A stretch of 64,000 nucleotides of DNA from Penicillus capitatus (taxonomy: Eukaryota > Plantae > Chlorophyta), in contig OZ287697.1 of assembly GCA_965649825.1 (NCBI GenBank), positions 2,032,351-2,096,350 of the forward strand, read 5' to 3'. The notes beneath the pieces are model-generated. The model was given only the letters and a program-made list of their open reading frames with translations. It was not told where the DNA came from and made no database searches. Below are positions 1-13,605 of the stretch, piece by piece; position 1 is the stretch's first letter; each line of letters starts with the position of its first letter. Position numbers and translations under genes: made by a program.

Positions 1-2019
1 CGAATACGTTCGGGTTCCACTCTTTGTATATGACCATTATATCTTCTTCTTTCGAATCCTATGTTCATATTTTGTTGAGTATACTATGATCTTTAAAAGT
101 CCTTCAATTGGCGGGCCCAAAACAAGTCTCGTCGAAGCACAAAGCGTCAAATCGCACGTACAAAGCGGAGAGAAATTGTAACGAAGTGCTTAACGCTCCG
201 AAACCATGCACTGTTAAAACGGAAACAGACTTAAACAAAGAACTTCGCAATAATGGCAATGTCGCTAATGTTTCTATGTTCTTAAGGACCGCAGTCGCGT
301 CATCTGTCAAAATAACACACAACATGCAGAAGCGTGTAAACGAAGGACTCGTCAATCACCAAGAACGGCGACGCGCACAAAGCGTTTTGTCACCGCGTCA
401 CAAGACGGAGTGTCAGACAAAGGTGCGAAGAAAAACCCCGCAGAGTCAGTGTACGTCGATACTGGGGGCAACTTCGGGTGTTCGGGTGGCGAGCTACGCG
501 GAGAAATTCACAGCAATGGCCAAACATAGTTAAAGGCGAAAACTACAAGACTGTTCTCGCTTAAATACCCAGAAAACCATGTGTCGCGTCATTCGGTAAT
601 CAATCCTCTCGGCATGATGCGACCTGTCCAGGAAGATGAGTCAGCTGGTTTCCACAGCCAGAGATTTAGTACCCCTTGGACGCCCATGAGAGATCCATTA
701 CGAGGCAGTCCTTGGCAGTCCTTCGACCAAGAGTTTTTTGTAACAGTTGCCTTACTTTCTTCGGAAGTAGCACAAACCCTTCTCTGAGCCTGACCTTCGT
801 CGGAAGATCGGTCATGGGAAAAAATGGAGGAGCTTTGTTCGGTTCCGGTTTGACTAATCTTACAAACTCAGCGGAAGTCTTAAGGCGAGATGAAAACATA
901 CGGTAGACGGTACCGAAAACAAAACTAAAGATGCAGCCAATGGACAGCTCGTTACGACAACAATAAACAACAGATGTTTTTGATAACAGATTGTACGCAA
1001 GAAACAAACACGTGGAACCACCAATAAGAGTCGAAAGATGTTTATATCTTAATCCCTCTCTTTATACTCTTCCAGTGTTGGGACCAATAAGACAAGATAG
1101 GAAACCTTAGGAAGTTTAAGAGTGGCTTCCCCAGTAAGCTTGCTCATCATAAGAATGAAGAGTTTGCCACGAAATTCTAGAAGCTTTCGAGGAACATCAA
1201 CATGAAACACGCTAAGTGGCCAGAGTCCTCGTCATTGCAACTTTGGCCAGTGGGCGGCAAACAGTGTGCCTGGGTGGTATTCGGGTGCGGCAGAATAATC
1301 ACTCGGTCGTCGAAAACGAACAAAGTTGGAGCTCCGATAGTCGTTTGTGCACTAGCTAGATCAACAACGCGACCACAACCTCGAGACGTGAACTCATCTC
1401 TGCGCAATCTCCCCACAACGCATCCTCCTCTTCTGTTCGCGATCGCGTCATATCTGTCAAATCACATCACATCATTACAACAACGGCGAGGCCGATTTGC
1501 ATGTTACATCGGTTCTCGGTTCCCAATTGAGAAATACACCGTTGCTATCGGCGAATCGCATCCCTCTCACTTAACACTAGCGCTTCAGCTGCACTGAGAT
1601 TCTGCAAAGGGGACGATTGCTCACAAGAAAAAAAGACAGGCCCATTTCGTCACACTCCAATCGCTGCACACGAGTGTGATTAAAACTGTGGTCCCCCCAA
1701 CAACAGGCATTTTCCGGAACTAAACATTGGGTTTCTGAAATAGGACGAATATTCAATTTTTCACACGCATTTAAGGATAATTTGGGACTCGGGCAGACAG
1801 CCATACGCAAATGGTGTCTTCCCGTCACTTACAGTGACGACATGATAAAAAAAGATGTGAGACTGAATACACTTCTGTTATCGAAACGGAAAGGGCAAAT
1901 CTGTCGTTTGTCACCGACTGTGACAGTTCAACTATCTTCAAAACACCCATAGCGAGCGTCTTATGATCCCTTACTGACGCAATCCAATCACCGATCTGCC
2001 TACGCTGGTGTTCGTTTGT

Positions 2020-3533
2020 CTACTGCGACATGATAGTGGAGAGCACATGGGTGTCCATTCCGTTTGTTCCTGTGCCGACGCCTGCTTCTTCTGGTCTTCC
2101 GTGGATTGATGCATTCAAACCGTTGATCTCCTCTTCCTTGGCTACTCGCAGTTTGTCGAAACGGTGCAATGTCCCGAAAAGAATGAAATTGATGGTACAC
2201 GTCCATGCGGCTATAATGATGGCTCCTAGAATCTGGATGACGAGCTGACGACCGTCACCTCCGTAAAAGATCCCGTAATCCGTGTTGCCTACAGAATTCA
2301 AACAATCGATAAAGAGCGAGCGATACGTGTTAGGCACTTACCAGACGAAAAGAGACTGTATGCTCTCTTCACGTTGGTTTCCGTGGCAAAGAATCCAACG
2401 GCAATGGTTCCAAAGACGCCTGGGACGAAGTGCACGGCGGACGCTTCGAGCGGGTCATCGATCTTGGCTTGAAGTAGCAGATTTGCGAATCCATAGTACA
2501 GAGCCCCACTGGCAATACCGATGAGCACGGCAGCATATGGCTGGACAACAGCACATCCAGCAGTGACTCCGACGAGACCAGCAATGAGGCCATTCAGCCC
2601 ACGGGATACTTGCATACGATGTCCTTGCAGGAAACGGATCAAAATAACAGTCACTGAACCAGATGCGGCGCTCAGTGTCGTGTTTACTGCTGCTAAGGAT
2701 GAGGTTACCATACAGCGATATACGCAATCGGTCGAGGCAGTGTTAAAGGCATACCATCCAAACCAGAGGATGAAAGACCCAAGCATGATTAAGGATTTGC
2801 TGTTCGAACGGATCTCGACTGGCTTGCCAGTTTCTTCAAAGCGTCCAATGCGAGGCCCCAGAAACCAGGCGGCAAAGAAAGCAGCACCGCCGCCTGTCAC
2901 GTGGACCACGCTTGAACCAGCGAAGTCCAGCAATCCCAAAGATCCTTTGAACGTTCGATCATCGTTGTAGGCAGACAACCATCCATGGTCGGACCACACC
3001 CAATGCACGACGACTGGATACACGATGCCGGTAATGGCCAGAGTGTAGATCACATATGCTTGATATCGGCATCTTTCTGCAGCGGCACCGGAGACAATGG
3101 TGGCTGACGTCGCTGCAAAGGCCCATTGAAAGATCCATTTTGCGTAGAACTCAGGATCGTCGCTCGTTTCGATGGCAGCCATGAAGAAATGCGAACCTCC
3201 AACGAAGCTACTGATTGGTTCAATGCCTTCGCCGAAGGCGAGTGGATAGCCGATTGCCCACCATACCAAAGCCCCAACGCAGGAGTCCAACAGATTCTGT
3301 GAAGAGATTCAAGCTGCAGAACGCAGGCTCTCTATCTACAAGCTGTGGCTTACCTTCAGTAGGATGTTCACAGTGTTTTGTCTCCTTACTGTTCCGGCTT
3401 CTAGCATAGCAAAACCGCATTGCATGAAAAATACGAGATAAGCGCCGACGAGTGTCCAAAGAATCGACAAATCTCGCGAAAGCTCAGCCAGCGTTTCCTC
3501 AGGGCTGGTGATGATACGTTCTTGTCTGGGCAT
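2020..3533 (-). CDS. AMT: Ammonium transporter (Amt/Rh family), 3 exons
   Basis: LVFFMQCGFAMLEAG, FQWAFAATSATIVSGAAAER, LDFAGSSVVHVTGG, LWFGWYAFN and AVHFVPG motifs; GT-AG introns join ORFs 3336-3626, 2298-3290 and 2020-2337. Confidence 0.95.
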
Positions 3534-3720
3534 TTGTTCTGGCAGCACGAGAAACAGGGGACACAGTGGCCAATCGAGAAACCAGGACAGTCCGAGATGC
3601 CGTAGGGACGGTGATGCGTGACGCACGCGGCGTTTAGGTTACACCGAGCGTGCGCGGTTGTGTGGTTCTTTTGCCAACGTCAATGTAGGTTCTAAGGTTT
3701 TGCATGCTTGATGCAGATGA

Positions 3721-4392
3721 TCAAGGACCAATCACTACGGAGTCTCCGAAAATAACCAACCGCCCAGTCAAAACACTGTTCGCTGCTGCGCCAACGAAGC
3801 TTCCCACCAGAGAACAGCCGTTCAGAATGGTCTTTAAGGCGAAACATGGAACCAAACGAACACCGTTGCCGACTCCGAGCTTTATTGGAGGAGGCGTGAT
3901 CATCAGATCCGTGCGATTCGAATAACCGCTGAACTGCTTGCTGATGATGAAGCTCGTCCTCGCTGTCCACCTCCTGTGGCGATCATTCTAGAGCTGCCGT
4001 CAGAATACCGAGGTCTGGAGGTTTACTCTTTGATCCGTTTCCAGTTCTTGTCGCTATACTGCTGAAAGGATGTCACGGAGTCCCTTGCATTGACCGGATC
4101 GGATTCGAAGATCTGGTTATTCACTCTTCTTTCTTCCGATCGCCTCTCATTGCTACATACCTACCTGCCTTGATGGACGCTGAATAACATTTCAAATCTC
4201 GGAGCTGCGATCAGTAATGGGAAAGGCCTGTTTGCGAACGGGCCAGGGACTCGGATTTAGAGAGCGAAGGGTCGTTAAATATGGGTCTTGGATATGGAAG
4301 ACAATATCTGTGCAACCTCCGGGCCAAATCCATAAAAGTACTGTGCAAGTACTCATGAAATACAGAAGTCCCGGAAGGAGCGCTACTAACAC
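3721..4392 (-). CDS. Possible small multi-exon gene of unknown function
   Basis: A plausible GT-AG splice near 3970-4025 joins coding-like segments (IFESDPVNARDSV...KRIKE/RWTARTSF...VIGP*); no family recognised. Confidence 0.3.
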
Positions 4393-4670
4393 CGAGGAAC
4401 GGGGTAAATGATTTTCGAAACCGATTGGCTCACGGGAAACCTTTCTGTTATGTCATGGACACAGATCGACAGGGAAAACTCTGTTGCGAACAGAGAGGGT
4501 CTAATATCGTCTCATAGAAAAAACGGACGAATGCTGACATGGTGTCAACCTTACGAAGAATAGTCAAGAACCACGGGGATGACGGGCTTGAGTCTCAGCT
4601 TTCGTTCAGCCGTCATCGAAAGCGGCATCGAAAGCTGATTGCCAAGACTGAAAAAACGGTAGTTGCGGGC

Positions 4671-5855
4671 TCATGCTGGAAATTTCCTGCCGAGCTCTTT
4701 GTTAATAGCTGCCCGCATCTCGTCGTAGCTGTCGAAGCCCACTGTGGACTTGGCCATCTCGATCCACTTCTTGTCAATCTTCTGCAGAGTTTCGGGCGAA
4801 AAGGCTTCCTTAGATTCATTCACTCTGCCATTGCGCACTCTGCAGCCATCATTCGTCTCATCGATGACGGCGTCCTTGTCTCTCCCGACGAGTTCATTCA
4901 TGGCACGGAAACTCTTCTCCAAGATAAACTTAGAACGATGCTTCAACATGAATTCCAACGTCGACTGCAAGAAACCATCGCATCAAACTCTGAGCGCGTT
5001 TAGCTGAGGGAGTGCTTGACCTGTTGCTCGGTGCGATTCAGCAGTTCCTCGTTTTCGACTCCGACGCCGATGAAGTCGGCGATCAGTTTGATGCACTTTC
5101 CCAGATCGGCCTTCAGATCCTCGTAGTGTAACCACAGAATCCTCTCTTCCTTTCTGTGCGGATACCAGCTCACTGAGCACACAGTCCGTTGGCTGGAACG
5201 ATCACATGAGATGGAGGGCTCTCACTGAGGTGACGTATGGCGGTGGCGTTGAGGATCATTGCATGGTCTTCGTGATCGTGCAGAACGAAAAGGTTGGCAA
5301 AACGATCCAAGCTCAGCTCTTCCGGCATGAAGAGCCAGTTCACATAGAAATGGTACAAGGAGAGCGCAGCATCGGCAGGATTCCTAGTGACAATTTTTTT
5401 GTGCAGTACAAAGGAGAGAATGCCTAGTGTACCTGGTAATGACGATGACCTTGTGGTTCTTGCTGCTTTCGCCGTACTCTCCATGCGTCTTGAAAATTCG
5501 AGGACGGAATTCTTTGGCGCCGTCGGCACTCTGCAATCCCATAGCAACGTACTCGAGAAAAGGCACGACGTCAAGAATATCTTCAAAGTCCATGTTTCCG
5601 TCCGAACGCAGTTGGTGGAGAATCTACGAACACCATCGTTCTTGTTGTTCCCAAGGCAGTCCACAAGGCAAGGGGTGCTGCTTCATGCTGTCGCACCTGC
5701 TGCATCCAGGTTGTTCCGGTTTTCGCTCCTCCTGACATCAATATGTCGTCTTCCTTGAGCTCGAACTTCGCGACGCTGTCATACACGTTCTGAGGCATTA
5801 TGCGACGGCATCGCGCATATATCTCGTGTTCGATAGGCGTAAGTTCGTCCGCCAT
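4671..5855 (-). CDS. Cytosolic-type sulfotransferase (Sulfotransfer_1), multi-exon
   Basis: 5'-PSB loop GGAKTGTTWMQQ, PRIFKTH, 3'-PB RNPADAALSLYHF, LWLHYEDLKAD, RNGRVNE. Confidence 0.9.
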
Positions 5856-6850
5856 AAGGTTCAATCGAAGCTGTTTGTTTTTCTGACGTTGGCGCGACCT
5901 TTGCAACGCCGTAAAAACGATCGCCTTTTCAAAACCAACGTTTGTAGCAGCCCCGCGTTCCAAGACTAGACAGACAATTAAGAATGGCGCCAAATTTGTT
6001 GAATGGATCATTCATTATCACTGTGTAACTGATTGGCTAAGGGCGGAGATTGTTGCCCCGTTGAAAACGTAAGGTTCAATAGGTGATGATATTGATGACG
6101 ATGCAGATTTTGGTAGCCATGGATTGGCTACTGTCAAGTTAAACCATCGGCAATTCAACTTCGCTGGATGAACTTTCGCTCTCGGCAAAATCGTTTGTTT
6201 TATCCACGTTAGACAACGCTGGCTTCTAAATCGTTGTGGCTACGCAATCGGCTGCAATGTTCATACGATTCATCAAAGGGCTATCCACATCGTTTGTAAG
6301 TCACTCTCACTCTTATCGTTATTGTGGACGTCATTCAACACAAAGCCCCACCAGATTCCTATTCGGCCTGAAGAAGGTGTCGCACATTGGAGACGGCAAT
6401 CAGTTGTTGGAGATTTGGAAAGGACTTGTTTGAGTGGGACTGACTGGATTAGGTTGCAGATGAGTGAGAGTTCTTTATCCTTGACCTCAAGCGACGGACA
6501 CATATGTTATATTTACATGGTAGCAACACACAACGGCATGTTCGATCGCCTATGAAACAAAAAACGTTGTTGACTGTGAAACGTCTTTGACGATACCATC
6601 CGTAGAGACGTGATTGGACAACCTAGGAAAACCACGTCTGCACAGCGAAGCGACGTGTCGGAAAACCGCAGGTTCTCCTCGTTACGCAGCTTTCCCTCGG
6701 CGCCTCTCGTTTTCCGTGTTCCTTGAATCCTCGGACTTTCCGAACATTCGTCTCGACACGACGGCGTCCGGCAACCCTCCTGTACGAGAGACGGAATCAT
6801 CACTGCACTGTGTGCGTTTCTGGATCGCCCGCTCCCGACAGAACGCCCAT

Positions 6851-8110
6851 ATGGACCAAGCTGTGGTCGTCCTGGACAATGGATCCGGTTTCGTCAAAGC
6901 AGGACTCCATACAGCAATGGAACCGACCTGCGTCGTTCCTCAAGTCGTCGGCCGACCGCACTACCGACGCATATCCACCAACATACGAGAGATATTCGTT
7001 GGAAAGAGTGCCCTAAAGATGAGCGGCGTCTGTGCCCTCTCGTCCCCTTCCGAACGGGGTTTCATCCGAAGTTTCGACGATCAGGTGAAGCAATTCGCAT
7101 CCCCCAGAGCTCCGCATGTATCATGCCTCTACAGAATCTGATCTTCGAGGAGCTGTTCACAAATGAACTCGACATCGATCCGCACGAACACGCTGTTCTA
7201 CTCTCTCAGTTGCCTTGCGCTGAGAAGCGTCAAGAAGAGCATCTAACGGCTGAGTTTTTTGAGCGATTCTGCATTCCGGCATTGGTGAAGAAATCCGATT
7301 GTGTTCTCAGTCTCATGGACGCTGGACAGCTCAGTGGCGTCGTTGTCGATTGCGGCGATTCCCTCTGCCACAGTTCCTCGATCTATGACGGAGATATTCT
7401 TCTCAACAGCGTACGTCTCCTCAGACTCGGAGGAAAAGACGTATCAGATTTCCTATCCAGAATCCTCAGACGCGAAACAGGCTTCTTTGCATCGAGCAAG
7501 AGTGCCATGAACCACGTCACCCGTATCAAGGAAGCCCTGCAGGTTTGCGTGCTCGCCGTGGATGCTTCGCGATTCGTGGATGGATAGGAATTGAGCGATA
7601 TGCGATTTCCACGACGGCGGTGTTCCCATCGCGATGTCTCTGTGCATTACAACCTGCCTGACGGCCAGAAGATTCATATCAAATCCGAATCGGTCCCGGA
7701 GCTCTACAGGGCAGGAGAGATCCTCTTTGAGCCAGATCTGCAAGGACTCAGGACGGAAGGTCTCTCCGATATGCTCCTGGCGTCTGTTGCTAACGCGCCG
7801 TCCTCGCTCCGACAGAGTCTCACACAAAATGTTCGCTGTCTCACTCTTTCTGGGCGAGACCGTGCGTCTGGCATAGGTGGTGCTGTGTGGAGGCTCTTCA
7901 CTCCTTAGCGGTCTGCGAGATCGTTTTGAGCATGAAGCTTATGTGAATCTGGGTTCCGATATTGAGATCTACTCTCCTGCACGGCCTCAGTTCGCTACAT
8001 GGCGAGGAGGTGCGATTCTGTCGCATCTATCGACCTTTTCGGCCATGAGTGTCACACGCGATGAGTATTTCGAATATGGTCCTGGCAGAATAGAACGCAA
8101 ATTCAGTTGA
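6851..8110 (+). CDS. Divergent actin-related protein, multi-exon
   Basis: VVLDNGSGFVKAG, VVDCGD, YNLPDGQKI, VLCGGSSLLSGLRDRF, ATWRGGAILSHLSTF, EYFEYGPGRIERKF. Confidence 0.9.
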
Positions 8111-8200
8111 CGGACGCTCTGTTTTTTTTTCTGATCTCAACGGTGGTATCACACAAAGCATGTAAACATAGGCGAACACTGGCTGATCTCTGTATGCAAC

Positions 8201-8521
8201 TTAGTCTGCGTGTGGGTGCGCTTCTTCTGTCTCCTGTCTTCTCTCAACTTCGGCCACGATATTCTCCCATCGCTGTTCACGGCCACACGTATTGCACAGA
8301 GATTTCAAAAATGAGAGGACCTTGAAGGGACGGAGTTCGTGAAAGATGAGTCCCAGGACGGAGAGGGTGAGAATGGCCCACGTCAGTTGGCTGTTTGTCA
8401 TGACGTCGTTATCGTAGCCAAAGGCAACCAAGAGTATGACGCCAAGAATACACAACGCGCCAAAGTATTGACGAAAGTAGTAGACGGGACCGGAGTCCGG
8501 CTGCGGTAGAAACAGAGGCAT
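8201..8521 (-). CDS. Small two-TM membrane protein, unknown family
   Basis: Two hydrophobic segments (YFGALCILGVILLVAFG; LTWAILTLSVLGLIF) and a charged tail; possible 48-nt in-frame intron. Confidence 0.45.
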   Translation of the reverse strand: MPLFLPQPDSGPVYYFRQYFGALCILGVILLVAFGYDNDVMTNSQLTWAILTLSVLGLIFHELRPFKVLSFLKSLCNTCGREQRWENIVAEVERRQETEEAHPHAD

Positions 8522-8643
8522 CGGCAACGAAACCAGAGTCACATACACGGAATGCAAGCAAAGGGCCGACCGTCATGTCACCGAAGAGGCCTGCATTCGA
8601 CAGAGGCCATTCCGTCCAAGGCCACGAGCACAAGGGACCCCCT

Positions 8644-9687
8644 TTACAGACGATGGGAACCGACAGCACGTTCGTCTGTATTTAAGGAGATGATTTTTTC
8701 GAACTCTTCTTCGGTGAAAGAAAGGAGCTTTGCTGCTTCCATGTGCGCCTTCTGTCGTTTGAGCACGTCGATGAGCTTCATCTGTTTGCGCAGCGCGACA
8801 ATCAGTTCGGCTTTCTGTCGTTCGAATTTTCGATTCTCCGTCGCGAGTTTTTCGTAATCCTTCTTCGCCGTCTCACGCGACTCGCGTTCGTGTGTCTTCA
8901 GTGATTCCATCGCCGATTTGCAGCGCTCGAGTTCTTCGGCAATCCTTTTCTGTCGCAGCTCTTTTGTTTTCGTCAGGGAAGCGATCTGTTTCCTAAAACC
9001 ATGGTCTCTCTGACCTCCACCATCAGAACCGACCCCTACCTCTCTTTCTCGTACTCAGTGATGCGACCTTTGAGCTCACGGATCTCGCACTTGGCCGATT
9101 CCAAACGCGCTTCTGCCTGGTTTCGTGCCTTTGTCACGTTTTCCATTTCATTCACGTGTCTCCTGTTCTTTTCCTTTTCCTTTTCGAGTGCTGTCGACGC
9201 TTCCTGAGCTTTTCTCTTAAGCTCCTGCTTTTCTTTCTCGCACTCTGGAGCCGCCGCTGACGATGTGTGAACAGAAGTTGCGGAATACCGAGAAGCGTTG
9301 ACCGACTGCGCTGCAGTTCTTCTTCGAGGTCGTGGATCTTGACGCGCTGAAGACGGACGGTCGCGTTCGCATTGTCCGTGACCTCACAGTCCGTCGGCAC
9401 CTCCGCCTTCCTCTCCCTTTCCAAACACACCTCCTCCTCCTTTTCTGCCTTTGCCAACACCTCTTTCACATTCTCCTCGACGAAATCTGCTGCCAACGTC
9501 CGTCCTTTATGACCGAGGACGCCGTCCTATCATACACAGTCTCCGTTCCATACTCCACCCAATCCCGATCTCCGACGCATGCCTGAGAGACGGCTGCTGC
9601 GTCGGCGATTGTTCGATGCGCTTTCTCTTGCAGCGCCCGATGGCGTTTGAGAATCTCTTCCTCGAAGGCGACAATCGACGACGGCAT
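8644..9687 (-). CDS. TEX9: TEX9-like coiled-coil (basal body/cilia) protein, multi-exon
   Basis: C-terminus RKQMKLIDVLKRQKAHMEAAKLLSFTEEEF matches the TEX9 signature as recalled; coiled-coil exons upstream. Confidence 0.8.
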
Positions 9688-9764
9688 GATCGTGTGTCAA
9701 AAGCTGACGTGGCAAATCCCTTCGCGTTGCGTGACTTTCCGACCCGTCCCTCAGGTGTGCGCCG

Positions 9765-10599
9765 ATGCACTCTTTTGACGTCCCTCTTTTCATCCAGTAC
9801 CCAACGGGCTACACGCTTGTGGATATTTTACCCGTCCTCTCACTCTTCCCTTGCTGTACAACGCTGAACATCTTTCGCAAGACACGGCGATACACCGACC
9901 TCGTAGACCTCTTCGTTTTCTCCCGCATCGACTCAGACGTCACTTCAGGTCTTGTTCACAGTGGGCTTTCTCTTGGCTCTGGTCTACCACTGCTGTCAAG
10001 CTCACCCCCAAGGACTCGCCTTTTCGCGTTTTCTCGGAATCTCTGGCGACCGTTGGCGTACATATGATGTCCTGTCCTGTCTGATCCTCCTCACTCGAAC
10101 GGTCGGTCACATTTTCGGCGCCACACATTTCCCCTATTCAAGTACAGACGGACATTTCTCCCTGGGCATCGCCCCACGAGTCGATCGATGTCTGTAGCTC
10201 TGCCGAACGTCCTCTTTCCATTTCTCCTCCTTCTCATGTGGCTGACGCCGACACCGTAATGCCATTCGCTTCCTTCTCTTGTCTCAGCACATCTGCCTTA
10301 GAGGAGCGATGTCGACACTTGTCCTTCTGACCCTCATGACGATGCTGACGACGGGGCTGACGGTGGTCTTGGTAAAGGCGAAACCGATGGCGGTGATCCA
10401 TCGACCTGTCCAGGGACGATGCGTTTTCTTCTGTCTGTATATGGGAGCCTTCTGTTTCTTTTTGCCCAATCTCTTCGGGCAGTACTGGCTGTTCCATTCC
10501 CTCTGGCATCTCCTGTTGGCGGCGGGATACCATCTTCTGTACAGTGAACTCGAGAGATCTGTTCTGTCGACCGTGCGAAGGAACGGCAAACTTGTTTGA
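9765..10599 (+). CDS. CREST-superfamily membrane protein (TMEM8/myomaker, DUF3522-like)
   Basis: LALVYHCCQ...WRTYDVLS and YWLFHSLWHLL motifs in hydrophobic exons; start uncertain. Confidence 0.6.
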
Positions 10600-10702
10600 T
10601 TGGTGTTATCGGATACGAAGGCCGTCAACGGTCACATCGTCGTATCTTGGTCAGCCGATTGTCTGTCATCCACGCTGCGTTTGTTTGTTCGTTTGTGCGG
10701 AA

Positions 10703-12059
10703 ATGGCAGTGCGCTGTTCAGATAGCGATTCAGATGCGGGTTCTTTAGAGGAGTTTCCACCGCCGGCTGAGCACGCCGAAGATACCTCTGCTGAGCAATA
10801 CGCTGCTGGGCGTGACCTCCAAGGTGTTCCGTGGGAACGACTCGGGTATCCCACTCTCTGCTCTGTTCCTCCCTCTGCCTCTCCTCACATGCGTTTCTAG
10901 GCGAGCTCGATCAGACTATCGCGAAAATCGCCTGGCGGTTTACCGCAACTACACTAACGTCATGGAGAGTGATGGTCCCGGTTTCAAGAAGTACTTGCAG
11001 GAGTTATCTCGGGAGGCTGTTACGCCACAACGGGCGACGTTCTTCGATTTCTTCGTCAATGCCAGAGGCATTCATTCCTCCATTGTACATTTCCAGCTGC
11101 GGAATCTCCTCCGCTCCACATCGAAACATGACCTCTACATCATGAGACAGAATTGTGTGAATCACTGGGATCTGATGTCAGGCCGCTGCACGCAGGTGCT
11201 CAATCTTCAAGGCGGCGCGACGGGACCAAGGACCAGTACGATTGGTGCTATCAGCATCTCGACGCTCTGTACGGGAGGCGGATTGCTGATCACGGGCGGC
11301 TTTGCTGGACAGATGGTGGTGCAGAGACTCAGTGATTTAGAGATTGTGCACCAATCCTTCATCACACAGAATGATAACGGCATCACCAATGCCATCGAAG
11401 TCTTCAGCCCTGGAAAACAGAACGGCGGTGATGTCGACAGCAACGGCAGCAGCGATCTCAAAATCTTGACATCTAATAACGATGCCTGTCTTCGGGTATT
11501 TGATGCGACATGTTTCAAACCGGAGTTCAAATATGAGTGCGAATGGCCTGTGAATTACGCCACTGTCGCTCCCGTGGATTCCAAGATCGTGGCCGTCGTG
11601 GGAGATGATTTAGAAAGTCTGTTGGTGGATCGTTCGGCCAACCGAGTGATCACGAGGCTCAGAGGACATAAAGACTTCTCCTTTGCTGCCGCCTGGAATC
11701 CACGTCAGTCTTTTCAGTTAGCCACAGGAAATCAAGACATCACGACACGTTTGTGGGACATCCGTTCCCCTCAGAAAGAATATAAGATACTCAAAGGACA
11801 CATGGGAGCCATCCGTTCTTTGCGGTATTCAAACGACGGATCCTATTTGATGATGGCAGAGCCAACAGATTTTGTTCACGTGTTCGATGTCCAGAGCGAC
11901 TACCAGCAGAGTCAGGAGGTCGATCTCTTTGGGGAAATCTCGGGAATGGCTTTCTCACCGGATGCCGATATGTTTTTCGTTTCTGTGTTCGACGAAACGT
12001 ACGGAAGCGTCATGCAATTCAGAAAAAAGGACCCAGCGCATCATGAGCCATTGTATTAA
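10703..12059 (+). CDS. WD40-repeat protein with DUF2415-type C-terminus
   Basis: DTSAEQYAAGRDLQGVPWERL, SSIVHFQLRNLL, GHKDFSFAAAWNP, ATGNQDITTRLWDIR, QEVDLFGEISGMAFSPD. Confidence 0.85.
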
Positions 12060-12101
12060 AGACGCAAAACGAGAGAGATACACGATAATGTAATTACACG
12101 C

Positions 12102-13568
12102 ATGTCTCATCGCGGAGGGCGTTCTATGGGTGTACGACAGTCCGACCGACACATGGAGAAATGGAAGGACAGCTGCTGCCTGTCGACCCCGCCGACACTC
12201 TATCCCGTCTGTGACCCGCTGCCGACGGCAACGACTTACGAATTGATCAATCTCCTCTCGTCGGATTCGGACGAAGACGCGTCCAATGTGCTCTATCAGT
12301 CGATAACGAGATTCGCGAGGCAGTGCGCGATAACGTGTCGCGAGGCGCAGGCGGTCGAGTCGCTGCGGTCCCGTATTGAAGATGAGGCGAGGGAAGTGCT
12401 TCATGGCTGTCGTGCGGCGTTGTTTGGTTCGAAAGCGACGGGACTGTCGCTTCCCACCAGCGATATCGATGTCGTCATCCTCGACACGCCTTACGACATC
12501 TTTGCCCCACGAGAGTCCTTCTCGGCCGCACAGAGACACGAGATATGCACACACCTGTCTGTTCTGCAACGCGGGCTGATGTCGCGAATGCGAACGTGTG
12601 GTGGGAAATTGATTCGGGCAAGGGTTCCCATTCTGCGCCTCGAGATGCCGTCGGACGACATGATCTTTCACGTGGACATCTCCATCGGTGTCCGAAACGC
12701 AATCGATGCGGTCGGCATGATTCGAAGCTATCTGACAGCAAATCCAGCAATTCTGCCACTGTTTGTGGTGCTAAAGGCCCTGCTGAAAGAGAGGGCGCTG
12801 AATGAAGTCTACAGTGGAGGGATGTCGAGTTATGTCCTGTTTACGACGGCATGTGACGATTTCTCTCGCCATTGGATGTTGAACATCGTCGTAGGTCGTG
12901 GCCCACCTCATGATGGAGAACGTCTTTCGCCCACCAGAAGAACACCATCGTAACGAAGAAGAATTCGCCATGGAGACACAGAGCGCTTTCCTCATGAAGC
13001 TCATCTCAAAGATCGACTTACCATTGGACACACTACTGAAGACGTTTCTGTCACGGTAGAGGTATTGGATGCTGGACGTCCGTGATGAGGGTGTGCGTGG
13101 ATGCAGCTTTGGTAACTGGGACGCGCGATTTGCCGTCAGTTTACAAGGTCAGGGGAAGATACCTGTGGACAAGCTGCCGTCTGTGATCGAGGGACGGGTG
13201 TTGCAAGTGGAAGATCCGCAGGTGTGATGGCGTCGTTGTTAGAGAAGCGCTCGTTGGTGTTGCTGTAGGCAGCTGGGATGGATGCATCGAAAGGCTCTTT
13301 TGCTATGGCTCAGATCGTGGAGGTCTTCAAAGAAACGGGCGAGAAACTGGAATCCTGCGTCGAAACGGCAGAGACATCGGCGGCCAAAGAATCCTTCCCC
13401 ATCCTCAACCGCATCATGGACTGCAAGGCTTTTCTGAAAGGACCAGAAACGGTGCAGAAGAAGAAGCGAAGCCGAAGCTCGGTCGATCACAAGGGCAACC
13501 GAAAAAAGAGACGAATGCGATGGTGGCGATCAGGTAAGTCAAACGGAAAGAACGATAGCCATACATAA
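12102..13568 (+). CDS. TRF4/PAPD5-like non-canonical poly(A) polymerase, multi-exon
   Basis: Pol-beta NTase motif FGSKATGLSLPTSDIDVVI, RARVPILRL, LNEVYSGGMSSY, LQVEDPQ. Confidence 0.85.
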
Positions 13569-13605
13569 AGACCCTTTCTGTGAAGTCTGGACGACCATCC
13601 ATCCA

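Noticed and set aside
104-1600. ORFs of 80-140 aa on both strands at the window start
   Set aside because: No recognisable motifs and no convincing splice model; left unannotated
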